Assembly: GCF_006345805.1 (NCBI RefSeq)
Contig: NW_021835971.1
Location: 2,944 to 66,943 of the forward strand
Reading direction: 5' to 3'
Source of the DNA: Octopus sinensis
Taxonomy: Eukaryota
Length of the DNA stretch: 64,000 nt
Positions 1-13,028 of the stretch are shown piece after piece; the first letter of the stretch is position 1, and each line of letters starts with the position of its first letter. The translations under genes were made by a program, and so were the position numbers. A model generated the notes under the pieces. The model was given only the letters and a program-made list of their open reading frames with translations. It was not told where the DNA came from and ran no database searches.

Positions 1-3000
1 TTGCAGTAAGAAAGCAGACTCCTCTGGCAAGTCAACTGACACTCCCAGTTCTTCTCCTCTAGCGATAAGACTATCCGTTTCCTTCTCAATTTGGTAGTTG
101 TCGACCTTCATGCCATGTTTGTATTCAACGACCATGCTCTCCAGGGTTTTCTTGATTGTCACTGATTGAATGTACGCCTTAGTCGGGACCTCTATATTCA
201 ACTTTTTCATGTAGGACTTATAGAACTTGGTCACTACCCCATCCCATGTCAATACGACAGGGACTATCGTGACTTTTGCCTTGTGAATCTGTGCCAATTC
301 TCCAGCAAGTAGATCATACTTGTGGAGTTTCTCTACTTCGACTTGCTTTAACCTGTCCTGGGATGTGACCCCAACTTCGATTATCGTTATCTCATTTTTC
401 ATTTTATCAAGCACGAAAATGTCTGGCTTGTTGTTTTTAACTTCAATGTCGGTCTGCAACGTCATGTCTACTCGTATTTCAACACGACTATTTTCCACGA
501 CCGACTGGACTGAGTGTGCTTTCAATTTCTTGCATTTCTTTATTCCGTACTGACGACAGACGTGTAGATGTATGCATCTGACAATTTCATTGTGTCTTCG
601 CATGTATGACCCGTGAAGCATTCTGCTACATCGAGTAGCTAGGTGATCCACGGTTTTTCTTGCCGAGCCGCAATGGTTACAATTAGGCTTTGCCTCTCCG
701 AAAAACAAATTGCGATCCTGGGCCAAGCAATATAGTGCCTCGGCCTTTGGGCCATTGTTCCCATTGGCTAGCCATACATTGGACTCCACGATATCAGCAC
801 TCGGTTCCTGAATGCATTTAAACAGCGTTGAATGTATCATCTTAGATTTAATGGTGTCCATTAGTCTTTTCTTCTGGCACTCCTTAATAAGGTTTACATC
901 CAATTTTGATTGGTCTTCCAGATTGTACTTGAGAGCGAGAAATCTTGCAATCGTGGTCATATGTGTTTTCTTTTCTCTCAAGACCCGCAAGATTCCTGCT
1001 CTTCTGAGGCACAACGAGGCTTTTCTTTCAAGGTCGGAGAGAAATTGGAGCAGGATGCATTCGCTCTTATTGGAAATTGAGATTAAGCCTCTTCCAAAAC
1101 CATTTCTGCCGAGATATAATCTTTCTTTATTAGCGGGCTTCAGATGGATTCGTAAAGTAGTTAGAATGCGACGAATTACCAGATCAATGGCATCAAACTC
1201 ACTCGGTTCAATGTCGATCAATCCGATATAGTAGTTGTAGAGAGAGAGTGCATATTCGTTTATCGCTTTAAAGAGGTTTACTGCACTTAACTTTTTTTTT
1301 GCAAGACTCTCGATTCTCTCTTTCACGTTTCGAGCAATTGTTTTCATTACCTCGATTTTCTTGACATCACTTCCTCTATCCTCCAAGACTCCCAGGTATC
1401 GATACCCAGCACACCCATCCAGACATTTTGTATCTTTCACATAGTCCAGGTTAGTCGCAGACTTTTCCGAGTTCCTCTTGAGGCCAACGGCATCAAAATA
1501 TTCATCGACATCTTCCATCATTTTTAGAACGGTGTCTTCTTTCTCAGCAATTATTTTCAGGTCGTCAATAAACAACAAATGGTTTGTTGAATATGAAACC
1601 GTGAACGGGTCATTTTGACCTATACGCACCTTCGGGAACTTCATATTCAAGCTCCTACTTAACGGATCCATTACCAGAGTGAAGAGTTGTGGAGAGAGTG
1701 AGTCTCCTTGTAAGATTCCTCTTTCCAATTTTACAGTTCCAATTCTCTTATTGTTAAGTGTCAAAATGACATTCCAATTTTTGATTAAAGTTTTCACAAA
1801 ATTTGTGATCCAATTCGGAATTCCAGACTGATCAAGCACTTGACATAAGAATTCATGATTGACAGAATCAAATGCCTTTCTGACATCGATCCACGTTGCA
1901 AATAAGTTATTTCCATACTCACTATTGACACACTGGTTTATTAGTGCTTGTTCCTTTGCGCCTTGGCATTGCCTTCTAGCTCCCAGCTGATTATCCGAGA
2001 TAAGGTTAAACGCTTCGATATAGTCTGTAAGCTTTGTATTCACACATTTAGTGACAAGTTTGTACAATATAGGCATGCAGGTAATCGGCCTTAAGTCATT
2101 TGGGGAATGGCATTTTTCATTTTTTGGAATGAGGTATGTTAATCCTGTGTAAAACCACTCAGCAGGGGAATAGCCTCGGTTCACAATTTTAAGGATCTCA
2201 TCGCACAAATGGCCATGAAGAGCTTCGAACTTTTTGATAAAGAATCCATAAACTCCGTCACAACCCGCGGCTTTCCAATTGGGTACACACTGGATAACAT
2301 TCTTGATAAAATCAGTTTTCACGTCACTTGGAAGCTGTTCAGCTCCAGTAATATGCTTACCAACAATAGCTTTAGGAGCACGGTTCTCCTCTTTCTTCCA
2401 TACGCCCTTCCAGAAAGATAGACACTTATCTTCTGGGACTTGACAATCAGAATCTTTGTTTTCACAGTTCAGTCTTCGATAGAATCTTCTCCTGTTTAGT
2501 TCAAAACAGAAATTATCTTGTCTAAACGACTTTCTGGAGCGATAGGTTGAGATTTTTTTCTCCATAATTTTGACTCTATCTTCAATAAGACTAGATACGC
2601 GTGCCAGCTCTCCCTTTCTGGATTTTTTGTATCCAAACGAGCATAAAATGTTCAGTGTCTTCTCTTTTTCGTCTTTAGATTGCTGGCCATTAAACTTATT
2701 AACGAAAGTTAGATTTTCTCTAAGTTTGGAAATCTTTCTTTCCGTATCCTCAAGCCATGTGCTTTTTGTTAGGGATTGCCTCGTAATGTTTTCATATGAG
2801 CATTGCCCGGCATAAATTATATCCGTGATTTCATTTATGCTTGCAGGCGGAGAAGATAATATATAGTTCGAAATCACTGCATTAATTGCGACAAGAACAT
2901 CAGTCTTTAGCAATTTATACGGAATCTTCTTTGTGGGCATTCTCGCATTTCGTGGGATTGACTTAAGTTCCTGAATTTGGAGATTAAACTCTTCCTTGCA

Positions 3001-3231
3001 TTTACCATAAATGGAGATTTCTGTCTTTGGCAATAAGTAATCTGAGGTATCCACATTATTTCGACTGCCACAGCCATTAGAGCAGGGCTTTACATTCAGT
3101 AAGTTTTTCACATCAGAGACACTCTTTGAGTGAGAAAGCGGACGTTGAAACATTCGGCAATAAGTCTCCATCCTCCACGAGGAATTCTGCCAAATCGTCT
3201 CTTCGCCGACTCCACAACACCAGAAATCCAT
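1..3231 (-). CDS. Reverse transcriptase / restriction-like endonuclease polyprotein (>1,070 aa, open at window edge; absent from the ORF track)
   Basis: Every 60-nt line from 3270 to 1 was read in frame without a stop codon. Confidence 0.9.
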   Translation of the reverse strand, partial: MDFWCCGVGEETIWQNSSWRMETYCRMFQRPLSHSKSVSDVKNLLNVKPCSNGCGSRNNVDTSDYLLPKTEISIYGKCKEEFNLQIQELKSIPRNARMPTKKIPYKLLKTDVLVAINAVISNYILSSPPASINEITDIIYAGQCSYENITRQSLTKSTWLEDTERKISKLRENLTFVNKFNGQQSKDEKEKTLNILCSFGYKKSRKGELARVSSLIEDRVKIMEKKISTYRSRKSFRQDNFCFELNRRRFYRRLNCENKDSDCQVPEDKCLSFWKGVWKKEENRAPKAIVGKHITGAEQLPSDVKTDFIKNVIQCVPNWKAAGCDGVYGFFIKKFEALHGHLCDEILKIVNRGYSPAEWFYTGLTYLIPKNEKCHSPNDLRPITCMPILYKLVTKCVNTKLTDYIEAFNLISDNQLGARRQCQGAKEQALINQCVNSEYGNNLFATWIDVRKAFDSVNHEFLCQVLDQSGIPNWITNFVKTLIKNWNVILTLNNKRIGTVKLERGILQGDSLSPQLFTLVMDPLSRSLNMKFPKVRIGQNDPFTVSYSTNHLLFIDDLKIIAEKEDTVLKMMEDVDEYFDAVGLKRNSEKSATNLDYVKDTKCLDGCAGYRYLGVLEDRGSDVKKIEVMKTIARNVKERIESLAKKKLSAVNLFKAINEYALSLYNYYIGLIDIEPSEFDAIDLVIRRILTTLRIHLKPANKERLYLGRNGFGRGLISISNKSECILLQFLSDLERKASLCLRRAGILRVLREKKTHMTTIARFLALKYNLEDQSKLDVNLIKECQKKRLMDTIKSKMIHSTLFKCIQEPSADIVESNVWLANGNNGPKAEALYCLAQDRNLFFGEAKPNCNHCGSARKTVDHLATRCSRMLHGSYMRRHNEIVRCIHLHVCRQYGIKKCKKLKAHSVQSVVENSRVEIRVDMTLQTDIEVKNNKPDIFVLDKMKNEITIIEVGVTSQDRLKQVEVEKLHKYDLLAGELAQIHKAKVTIVPVVLTWDGVVTKFYKSYMKKLNIEVPTKAYIQSVTIKKTLESMVVEYKHGMKVDNYQIEKETDSLIARGEELGVSVDLPEESAFLLQ

Positions 3232-3452
3232 TTGACTTTGTCGTTAGAGTGTTCCTCACCGATCACCGATTTAAGAGGGATTAGATGGGGTGAGACATGT
3301 TCGGTAGGAGAGTTTCCACAAATTTCATGGGGATCATGTAGCCCCGAAGACTTGCTTCTTACCAATAGTTGTTGGTTATCTCTAATATCTTTTGTAAGAG
3401 AGCCCTCAGGATTTGCTTGCAGACTGGTGAAAACAGACATACACGACACCAC
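1..3452 (-). mobile_element. RLE-type (R2-group, R4/Dong-like) non-LTR retrotransposon, 3' end runs off the window
   Basis: I translated the minus strand by hand: it is stop-free from 3270 to position 1 (first in-frame ATG 3231). It shows RT motifs (LRPITC, WIDVRKAFDSV, GILQGDSLSP, LLFIDD at about 1561-1578), a C-terminal CCHC knuckle (CNHC...TVDHLATRC), RHNE, and a PD-(D/E)xK endonuclease (KPDIF...IIEVG...KLHKY). A probable N-terminal segment lies in an overlapping frame (3452-3108). Confidence 0.92.
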
Positions 3453-4249
3453 AAGAAATTCCGATTACTGTAACAATAAATAACATTTATTATCCTCAAT
3501 CTGTTCGAACTCATCTAGGCTAGATCTTTATCCGTCTATAATGCCTATTATGCATTTTTTCTACATTTCCAGCATAATAGATTTTTAGGCATTACAAAGT
3601 CCACATTTACCGGGTATAATATATTTTCATAGTACATTTACTAGACCGAAATGTGTGGAATCAAATTGAAGTTTCTTTTTGGAAGACTGTGGTCTGATGC
3701 TGTCATTTCATTAATAAAAGTAAAAGTGATATATCTCAAGAATGACATAGAATGTAAAGGTTTATCAACTTCTAACCTACCCCGATACTTTGCTGAAAAG
3801 TGGTGCTTTTAAGTAATTTATTTAATGTATCCTCTTATTAATTTTAATCCTCAATTCCTTAGGTATAAGTCTTTTATAAAAAAAACTAAACAAAAAATCA
3901 ACTAAAAAGAGTCTTGTAGCGCTGATTCTCATTTTCTTTGGTTGTAATTTTGTTTGTACATCCAAGTATATCTTTTTGTCAATGTTACATTATGGAAAAT
4001 GACCATTCTACACCTTAGGATTTCTATAAAGGACATCAGGTGTAGGTAGACAGTCCATTGTTGTTTTGATGAAAGTCAAGACTTTATAAATACCTTAAAA
4101 AACATGTTGTAGATATGTACCTGCATGAAAATCTGGTAGGAAAATCTCATACTTTAACTTCACTTAATATAAAAATTCTCTTTTTGAGTACGTCCGCTTG
4201 TGGTCATAATGAGTTTGCTATGTCTCAGGGTAAGCTAAAAGTGATCATG

Positions 4250-4760
4250 ATGTTAATCAATAGAGGACAGAGGAAGTTGAAAATATAGAGCGGATCCCAA
4301 AGTCCAAACTGATAAAATTCATTCGTTATACCAATCCTACTTTGAAAACGCGGAAACCTGAGGTCTACCCGCAAAAGAACGGAACAGGCCAACTCGTTCC
4401 ACAGACAATCAAGACAGCTCCTAGGAGTCCGACGGCAGAAAAAGATGAGCAACGAAAACTGTACGGGATTACTCATACATCCCAAATCGAATGGCCAAAA
4501 AATGGCAGTTCTTTGGACATATGTTAAAAACATCGCAAATGACTCCAGCTAATCAGGCCATGGAATAATACTTCTGCTTATCAAACAATACAACATATCG
4601 AGGCCGACAAAGAACAACAGAACCCACCAAGTGAAACCATGAACTCAAAACAATTTGAAGAAAACTGAAATCAAATATGAGCTGAACGACCTGAGAGATC
4701 TTGCATGAAACAGGGGAGAATGGAAACGACTAACAGAGCGTATCCTAAGTCGCATGGGAA
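4250..4760 (+). mobile_element. Degenerate 3' fragment of an RTE-like non-LTR retrotransposon
   Basis: Frameshifted C-terminal motifs (LGVRRQKKMSNE..., WQFFGHML, YRGRQRTT, DLA-NRGEWKRL) typical of RTE ORF ends. Confidence 0.55.
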
Positions 4761-4911
4761 AATAAAATCTCCACTAACCTTATAATTTCGCGTGAATCGC
4801 ATAATAATGTCATTATAATAAATTCTGAACAGCATTGTAAAACGCCTACTTGAGGCAACCTGAGTTCCGTGCCACCTAAATAATTTAATTAATAATAAAT
4901 ATTAATTTTAT

Positions 4912-5295
4912 GAGGCTCGGGAAGATGGGAAGCTGCCAGACGGTGTTTCGCTCTTCCCGTACAAGTGCGGTAAAGCGATCGTTTGGGACGCGACATGCTC
5001 CGACACTTTTGCGTCATCATGTCTTCTTGATCCTCACTCAAAGCTGGAACAGGGTGATAAAACCGCAGGCCCGAAAAACCAAAAAATACGGATCCCTCGC
5101 TGACAGATTCATTTTTGAACCAGTGTCAGTCGAAACGTCTGGTACTCTTTGACCATCAACTCTTAGTTTCCTCACCGAGAGAGGCCGCCACCTCGGAAGA
5201 ATTAGAAACGACCTTGGCAAGCCACACCGAATCTTTGAGCGTATCTCAATAAGGAACAATGTCTCAATTCTCTCTGCGGGTAGTCTCTAATCGCT
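4912..5295 (+). mobile_element. CRE-like non-LTR retrotransposon 3' remnant (RLE domain)
   Basis: GKAIVWDATCSDTF, KYGSLADRFIFEPVSVETSG and ERISI motifs, homologous to the copy at 36030-38044. Confidence 0.75.
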
Positions 5296-5472
5296 TTATA
5301 TTTCGTTTATTTCAAATACTATTCTTGACTAAAATAATATCCATATTTCCATTAAAAAATAATTAAAGTTGTCAAATCAATTTAAACAAATACAAAGACA
5401 TTAAAACCTATATAACCTTAACTAAGCAATCCGAATACAGACATAACAAGTAATAAACAACTAAACCAAAAG

Positions 5473-6654
<1,182 letters not shown>

Positions 6655-6987
6655 TATTGAAGTGGCCACAACAACTAATGATGATTAAAAAGGTTAATTA
6701 ATAATTTAAATTTTATATTAAATAATTATTAAATTATTTATTTTTTAATAAAAAGAATTGAGAAAATTTTTTATTAGGTAATTATTTATAGGCAAAGAAA
6801 CTAAGACGAATTTTGGCTACAAAGTTTGTCATAAACATAAAGATTTCTACTTAGTTTATTCGCTTATTCAAAAAATTAATTTATTAATTATTTTATATTT
6901 ATAAAATATATTGATATATTTTTTTTACTTTTATAATTAAATTGTTATTTGAATTATTTATCACGTTTATTTCTTGTGGGTTTAAAA
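6655..6987. promoter_or_regulatory. Putative bidirectional promoter between RPN11 and DDX55
   Basis: 333-bp extremely AT-rich spacer between two divergent start codons. The function is inferred from the arrangement only. Confidence 0.5.
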
Positions 6988-9135
6988 ATGATTGAAAATC
7001 AATTACAAAAATATAAAATTAATCTCAACGAAAAAATAAAAGAAGGAATAAAAGAATTAAAATTCACTAAACTAACACCAATTCAAGTATATATTAACAA
7101 TTATATAATTATAGTTAAAAACAATTCCAATATTTCTCCAAAATTACGACGTGGCTGTAGAAGCTATAACAGGCAGTGGGAAAACCTTGGCCTACATTAT
7201 CCCCATAGTACAACGCCTATCAAAAATAACCCAAAATTTCAACAAATATGACGTAACCCTCAAAAAACTAATTTAAAGATCATTGCCTTGATAATTGTGC
7301 CCACACGTGAGCTCTCAGTCCAAGTCTATGAGGTACTTCTTCACTTCCTTGCCTATTTCCCTCACTTATCACACTGTCAGCTTGTGGGAGGACAGTCAGT
7401 GGCAGACTCAGTCAAGAATTTTGTCTCAAATGGGTGTTTTATAGGGGTATATATTAGTGGGAATGTCACTGTGTGTACTCCTGGGAGAGCTGAGGCCTTT
7501 CTAAAGCAGAGACATGAGGGATTTGACTTGGCATCCTCCTTAGAACGGCTTGTATTGCTTATTGGTTACTCATTGTAGGAAGTTCTGGTGATAGACGAGG
7601 CTGATAGGCTGTTAGCTGATGGTTACCGTAGAAAGTAAGTTTGGTGATATATTTCTTAGTATTGAAACTATTCTGCGATATTTGCCTAAGCAGAGGAGGA
7701 CTGGGATCTTTTCTGCAACTTTGAATGCAGAGATTACAAGTCTGATGCAGTTTGGGATGAGAAATCCTCGGCTAATCTCGTTAAAGTCAGAAGAAGAAAT
7801 ATCTACACCACCAGAATTATTTAATTCTGTTAAAGTTTGCCTCCTTTTTTATTTTATTAGTTTTTGTCACCCATTGAAAAAATTAATTTTATATTTAATT
7901 TTCTAATTAAATATAACGAAGAAAAAATTATTATTTTTTTCTGCACTTGTGCTTCCACGTCTTATTATTATAGCGTAATTAAAAGGTATTTTATTTATAA
8001 TAAACACAAAGAAAATTTCCAGAACTTTCTCTTTTCTGTCTTCACAGAAAACAAAAAGGCAAAAGAGATATTATTTATTCTAAATTTAGAGAATCAAAAT
8101 GGTAATTAATTATTTTAAATAATAATAAATTTGGTGGGAATTAAATTATTTTAGTGGTGTCTTGTTGTGCACTGATATAGTATCACGTGGAATAGATGTG
8201 CCCCAAGTGGAGTGGGTAATTCAATTTGATCCCCCTAAAATGGCGAGGTTGTATATTTTAGCACATATTAGTTCATTTGTACATCGTTGTGGACGTACTG
8301 CTCGGATGGGACGTACAGGTAGAAGCCTACTACTGCTTAATCAACACGAGGATGTTTATGTAGATTTTTTAAAGTTGAATCAAAAGGTTTAGTTTTATTA
8401 TTAATTAAATATTAATAAATTAAAATACATTTTGGAGGTTTTTATAATTATTCTGGTGGTACATTTTATGTAGGTATTCTTGGAAGAGTTTTGTGAAGAT
8501 TTTGACGACGTGTCTATATCCGCTATATTAAGAAGTTTATCTGAGACTGAAAGAGAATTTATGGAATCAGGAGTGTTGGCATTTGTATCATATATCAAAG
8601 CCTACTTAAAACATCCCCTTAAAGTCATTTTCAACCTATCAAGTAAGTTGTGATATATTTATTCAGAACTCCCCGTTTCCTCCTTAGCTGAGTCCTTTGG
8701 GCTGTTAAGAATTCCCAAAATGGTGGAAATCCGTAAAAATGACACAACCCTATTTGTTCCATCCTCTGTTGATGCAGATTCAGTGCCATATCGGTAATCT
8801 GGTAGTGTTGATTGTAGTGACTGTGTCCGAGAAGAGAGAAGGAAGAAGATGGCAGAGGACAATTTTGCCAAGAAGGAGTCGAAGAAAAGACTGAATGCCA
8901 AATATGCTAAGAAAGTTATATTTGAGGTTGAGTAGTGGTAGAGGGAGAAGATGAAGGCCAAGAAAAAGAGAGTTTGTAATGACTATAAACTTATGGAATT
9001 GAACCATGAGGATTTGGAGGAGATTGAGAGTGATGCACATCTTTTAAAAAAGTTTAAAAATGGGAAGGTTCTTTGTCTCCTTTATTGTCTTAGATTGGAA
9101 AAAACGCATTTGAGGCACGTTTTATTCAACAATGA
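6988..9135 (+). CDS. DDX55: DEAD-box rRNA helicase DDX55/SPB4, about 15 exons
   Basis: The spliced translation has the Q motif (LTPIQ), [32 protein letters not shown] and HRCGRTAR, plus the SPB4-type C-terminus (AFVSYIKAY...GLLRIPKM...LLKKFKNGK). There are 14 GT-AG introns, mostly 24-27 nt. ATG 6988, TGA 9133-9135. Confidence 0.93.
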
Positions 9136-10108
9136 TTTTTATATAAATTTTTTTATTTAAAAATTTTATTATTCAGAGGTATGTTGGGTAGTTTAGTTTG
9201 TGTAGACTTTTTTTAGTTTTTGTAGACTTTGTTGTCTGTGTAGGCTAGATTAAACTGCTTTCAGAGATAAGCAGCTTAAATTACTTTTTAAGGTGATAAT
9301 TACTCTCATTTGAGACTAATTTCTAGATCATGACAAAGAAAGCATTTTGTTATAGTGTTTGTCTTGATTTTCCGATACGATGTGATTTAATTTACAGGCT
9401 TCCATTCCAGCTGGCTCTTATTGCTTTTTTTTATCCCTACAAAAAACCTTGAAGAAGTTCTCCTTCAAACTTATTTTGAAGACGATGGCAATATTTTGTT
9501 TGTTTGAACGCACTTGCACTGAAATAAACACGATTTTATACTCAGTTAGTCCCCGTCAGTCGAGTTCATGAAGATCAATAAGATTTGTATTTTATGGCGT
9601 TATTTCTTTGTGGGGACGGTCGATCAGACGCTATCCCATATAAAAAATCTCCTTGCTTAAACCGTTATCCGAGACTATCAAAAGAAAAAAAACAAGACTA
9701 TTTGATTGTTGATGATTTCTTGTGTAATTTCTACATATAATTTGTTCTTTATCAAAAAATCGGTATCATTGTCACCTAGAAAAGTAAAATGAAAGTTAAG
9801 GTACGTTTTATTCAGCAATAATTTTGATATAATTTATTTATTATTTGTTTTTACAAAAGACATTACTGGCTATTTTGATTGAGAACGCTTCTTAGACCGT
9901 TTTATATTTATTATAGCCTTTTTTGTTATTTAAAAAATGAGAATGAACTTATTAAAAGCTACAAATATCATTAGTCTAAGATTTAAAAACAAATTGATAT
10001 TATCAAATAAACTAAATTCAAAATTTTATCTAAAATACAATCATTTAAATCGAAACACCAATTAAACAATTTTAACAATAAAAAAAGTAACTAATTACCG
10101 TTTTATTA

Positions 10109-11181
10109 TGTCGCGACCCACGCTGGCGACCATCAGTTTGACAGGTGATTAGTTTGATATTTAATTTAAACCGGAAAAAATTCATTTTAAGAAATGGTTT
10201 AGCGTCATTTTAGAAAAAAAATTATGGTTTCTCTCAAAAGATGCTAGCATGAAAAAAGCGACTCAATTTATCATTATTAATGATCGGTATATTTGCAAAG
10301 TTTAATTGAAGAAGTGGTGAATAAATTCCAAAAATTGTTTTATCAAATTGGATATTGTCAAATTTTACAAACGGACAACGGATTGGAATTCAAAAATCAA
10401 CTGATGGATCAACTATGCGGAGAAAATAAAATCAAACATATTTATGGAAGACCAAATCATCCCCAGTCACAAGTTTATAAATTTGAAAAAAATAGGGTGT
10501 AATTGAGCGCTTTAACCAAACATTGAGACGGGTTATGACTAAACTGATGGATAAAAAAGGAACTAAAAATTGGAGGCAATTTTTAGACAAAGTAACTTTT
10601 TATTATAATACGACACACCACTCGGCGATCAATGAGACCCCTTTCAAAAAGTTTAGGGGTATTCCTGGAATTAACACTGTGATTCATGAAATATGCGCGG
10701 GAATTGCCAGTCGATCCGCTGCGCATTTTAACTCTTTTCTGTATTTCTAAAATAAAATAAAAAAGAAAAAAAATACCAGGTTATAATCTTATTTATAATT
10801 TAGATGAAAATAACGAGTCATCGTTTGTCGAAGATGAACTTAATGGTAAATTTACAATGTATTTATTTTTAGAAACGAATAATAAAAGATTGTGGGACGA
10901 ATCCGTTATTGAAGCTATACAGATTTCAATCCCCATATGAAGAAAAGGGAAAAGTAAAAAATATAATGTCTAAATACAGATTAATAATTAGTTGTCTTTC
11001 CTAACAAACATTTAGTTCGAATTATGAATAGAGATAAAAAATGTTAAGTTTTTTGATTTTTTAGCAATTATCTTTAGTCAGTAATTAGTGTCAAACTATG
11101 TAGGTCGCCCTGTCAATCTTGTCAACAATGAAGGTCGCTCTGGTCGCCAGCGTGGGATGGTCGCCAGCGTGGGTCGCGACA
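10109..11181 (+). mobile_element. Ginger-like (Ginger2/TDD) integrase DNA transposon A, internally deleted
   Basis: TIR TGTCGCGACCCACGCTGGCGACCATC at both ends, 5-bp TSD TATTA (10104-10108 and 11182-11186). rve core ILQTDNGLEF...GRPNHPQSQ|GVIERFNQTL. Confidence 0.88.
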
Positions 11182-11186
11182 TATTA

Positions 11187-12650
11187 TGTCACGAGCCTAG
11201 GTTGTTATCGAGCCTAGGTCGTTACACTTATGGACTTAGAAAAAAATTCAAAAAAATATTTGAATTCAATTTCAAAATCGACTTTGTCAAAATAAATATT
11301 ATAAAATGACAAATAGTTAAAATGGAATTGGATGCCAATATTTTCGATGATAAAATTTAAAATTAATGCCAACTAGTCTGTGCTTTAAAATCGATTTCCT
11401 AACTAAAAATAATATTTTAATTTATGAATTGCTATTTTGTTCAAATAAGAAAAATTCAAAATGCTTCAAATAAAAAAAATACGCAGAAAATGTCGAAACT
11501 ATTCTGCGATATTTGCCTAAGCAGAGGAGGACTGGGATCTTTTCTGCAACATTGAATGCAGAGATTACAAGTCTAATGCAGTTTGGGATGAGAAATCCTC
11601 GGTTAATCTCGTTAAAGTCAGAAGAAGAAATATCTACACCACCAGAATTATTTAATTTTGTTAAAGTTTGAAAATTTTGTCTATTTGAATGTTCGGCTAT
11701 AAATGTTTCTCTGCTAATTAGGATTTAAATTTTTTTATTAACAAAACAATCAAGACAAATTATGTTATTTAAATTTTTTTAATTCTTTTCATAAGCGTCT
11801 TCTTAGTAGTTCCATCGTCCATTTCAACTCTGACCATATTATGGGGGAGGATTTCACTTATTGTACAAACTCCTCCGTATGGACTTTCGAATTTCTTGAA
11901 TGCAAGTAAAGGATTGGTACCATAGTCCTTTTGAATCCTTATCTACAATTTAGAATAATTTGAGTTTACCTTATCTCCAATTTTAAATGAATGTTTTGAC
12001 TGATGAACCCATGAACACGCAATCGATACTCATCCATATCTCTTACAAAAGAACGCGACATAAGTAACACAGAAGAAACACGCCTTTATATATATTACAA
12101 TTACAGATGTATGGTTATCCGGATATTTTTGTTTTAATATTTAATAGATTAATTTTAAATATTAAGAATAATTTTATTAGGATTAGGGATAAATTAATTT
12201 TTAATCTTTATAGAAAAATAAGCGAAATGTCACGACCTAGGCTCGGTAACAACCTAGGCTCGTGACTTGTAATCTCTGCATTCAATGTTGCAGAAAAGAT
12301 CCCAGTCCTCCTCTGCTTAGGCAAATATCGCAGAATAGTTTCGACATTTTCTGCGTATTTTTTTTATTTGAAGCATTTTGAATTTTTCTTATTTGAACAA
12401 AATAGCAATTCATAAATTAAAATATTATTTTTAGTTAGGAAATCGATTTTAAAGCACAGACTAGTTGGCATTAATTTTAAATTTTATCATCGAAAATATT
12501 GGCATCCAATTCCATTTTAACTATTTGTCATTTTATAATATTTATTTTGACAAAGTCGATTTTGAAATTGAATTCAAATATTTTTTTGAATTTTTTTCTA
12601 AGTCCATAAGTGTAACGACCTAGGCTCGGTAACAACCTAGGCTCGTGACA
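11187..12650. mobile_element. Ginger-like non-autonomous element B with 387-bp inverted arms and a captured DDX55 exon
   Basis: TGTCACGAGCCTAGG...CCTAGGCTCGTGACA termini, flanked by TATTA on both sides. 11187-11573 is the near-perfect reverse complement of 12264-12650. It also carries a Ginger C-terminal fragment on the minus strand (KDYGTNP...ESPYGG, about 11790-12040). Confidence 0.88.
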
Positions 12651-12699
12651 TATTATTCTAATTTTGTTTCGTGTTTATTTCTAGTTGATTTATAGATTT

Positions 12700-13028
12700 T
12701 TTTCCAAAATTCTTTAAAAAAATATGTGAACATTATTGCTGCGAAGATTGACAACCCAACCAATATTTATTTAATTGACTGCATTTGTATTGAGACGTGT
12801 GATGCAAGTTCAATTTGTCAAACAATTCATGATTGCTTACGAAATTACCAAGTTGAGAGAAAAAATTTTGTTTTGTTGTTAACTGATGCTGTACCGTATA
12901 TGATGTCAGCCGCAACTAGCATACGTATATTTTATCCGAATATGATTCACCTTACTTGTTTCGCTCATTTACTTCATAATTGTGCATTAAAAGTGCGTTC
13001 TCACTATCAAAACATCGATTTCTTAATA
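12700..13028 (+). mobile_element. hAT-superfamily (DUF659/CGGBP1-like) transposase fragment interrupted by Ginger element C
   Basis: LLTDAVPYM...IHLTCFAHLLHNCA. The frame resumes after 15542 (ISTMKIVTLKNKSRQKLF). Confidence 0.7.

Noticed and set aside
320-2815. Plus-strand ORFs listed in the track at 320, 812, 2209 and 2570
   Set aside because: They are antisense shadows of the minus-strand retrotransposon ORF, with no recognisable motifs.
12052-12062. CGCGACA as another Ginger terminus inside element B
   Set aside because: No partner TIR or matching TSD was found, and it runs directly into integrase coding sequence.
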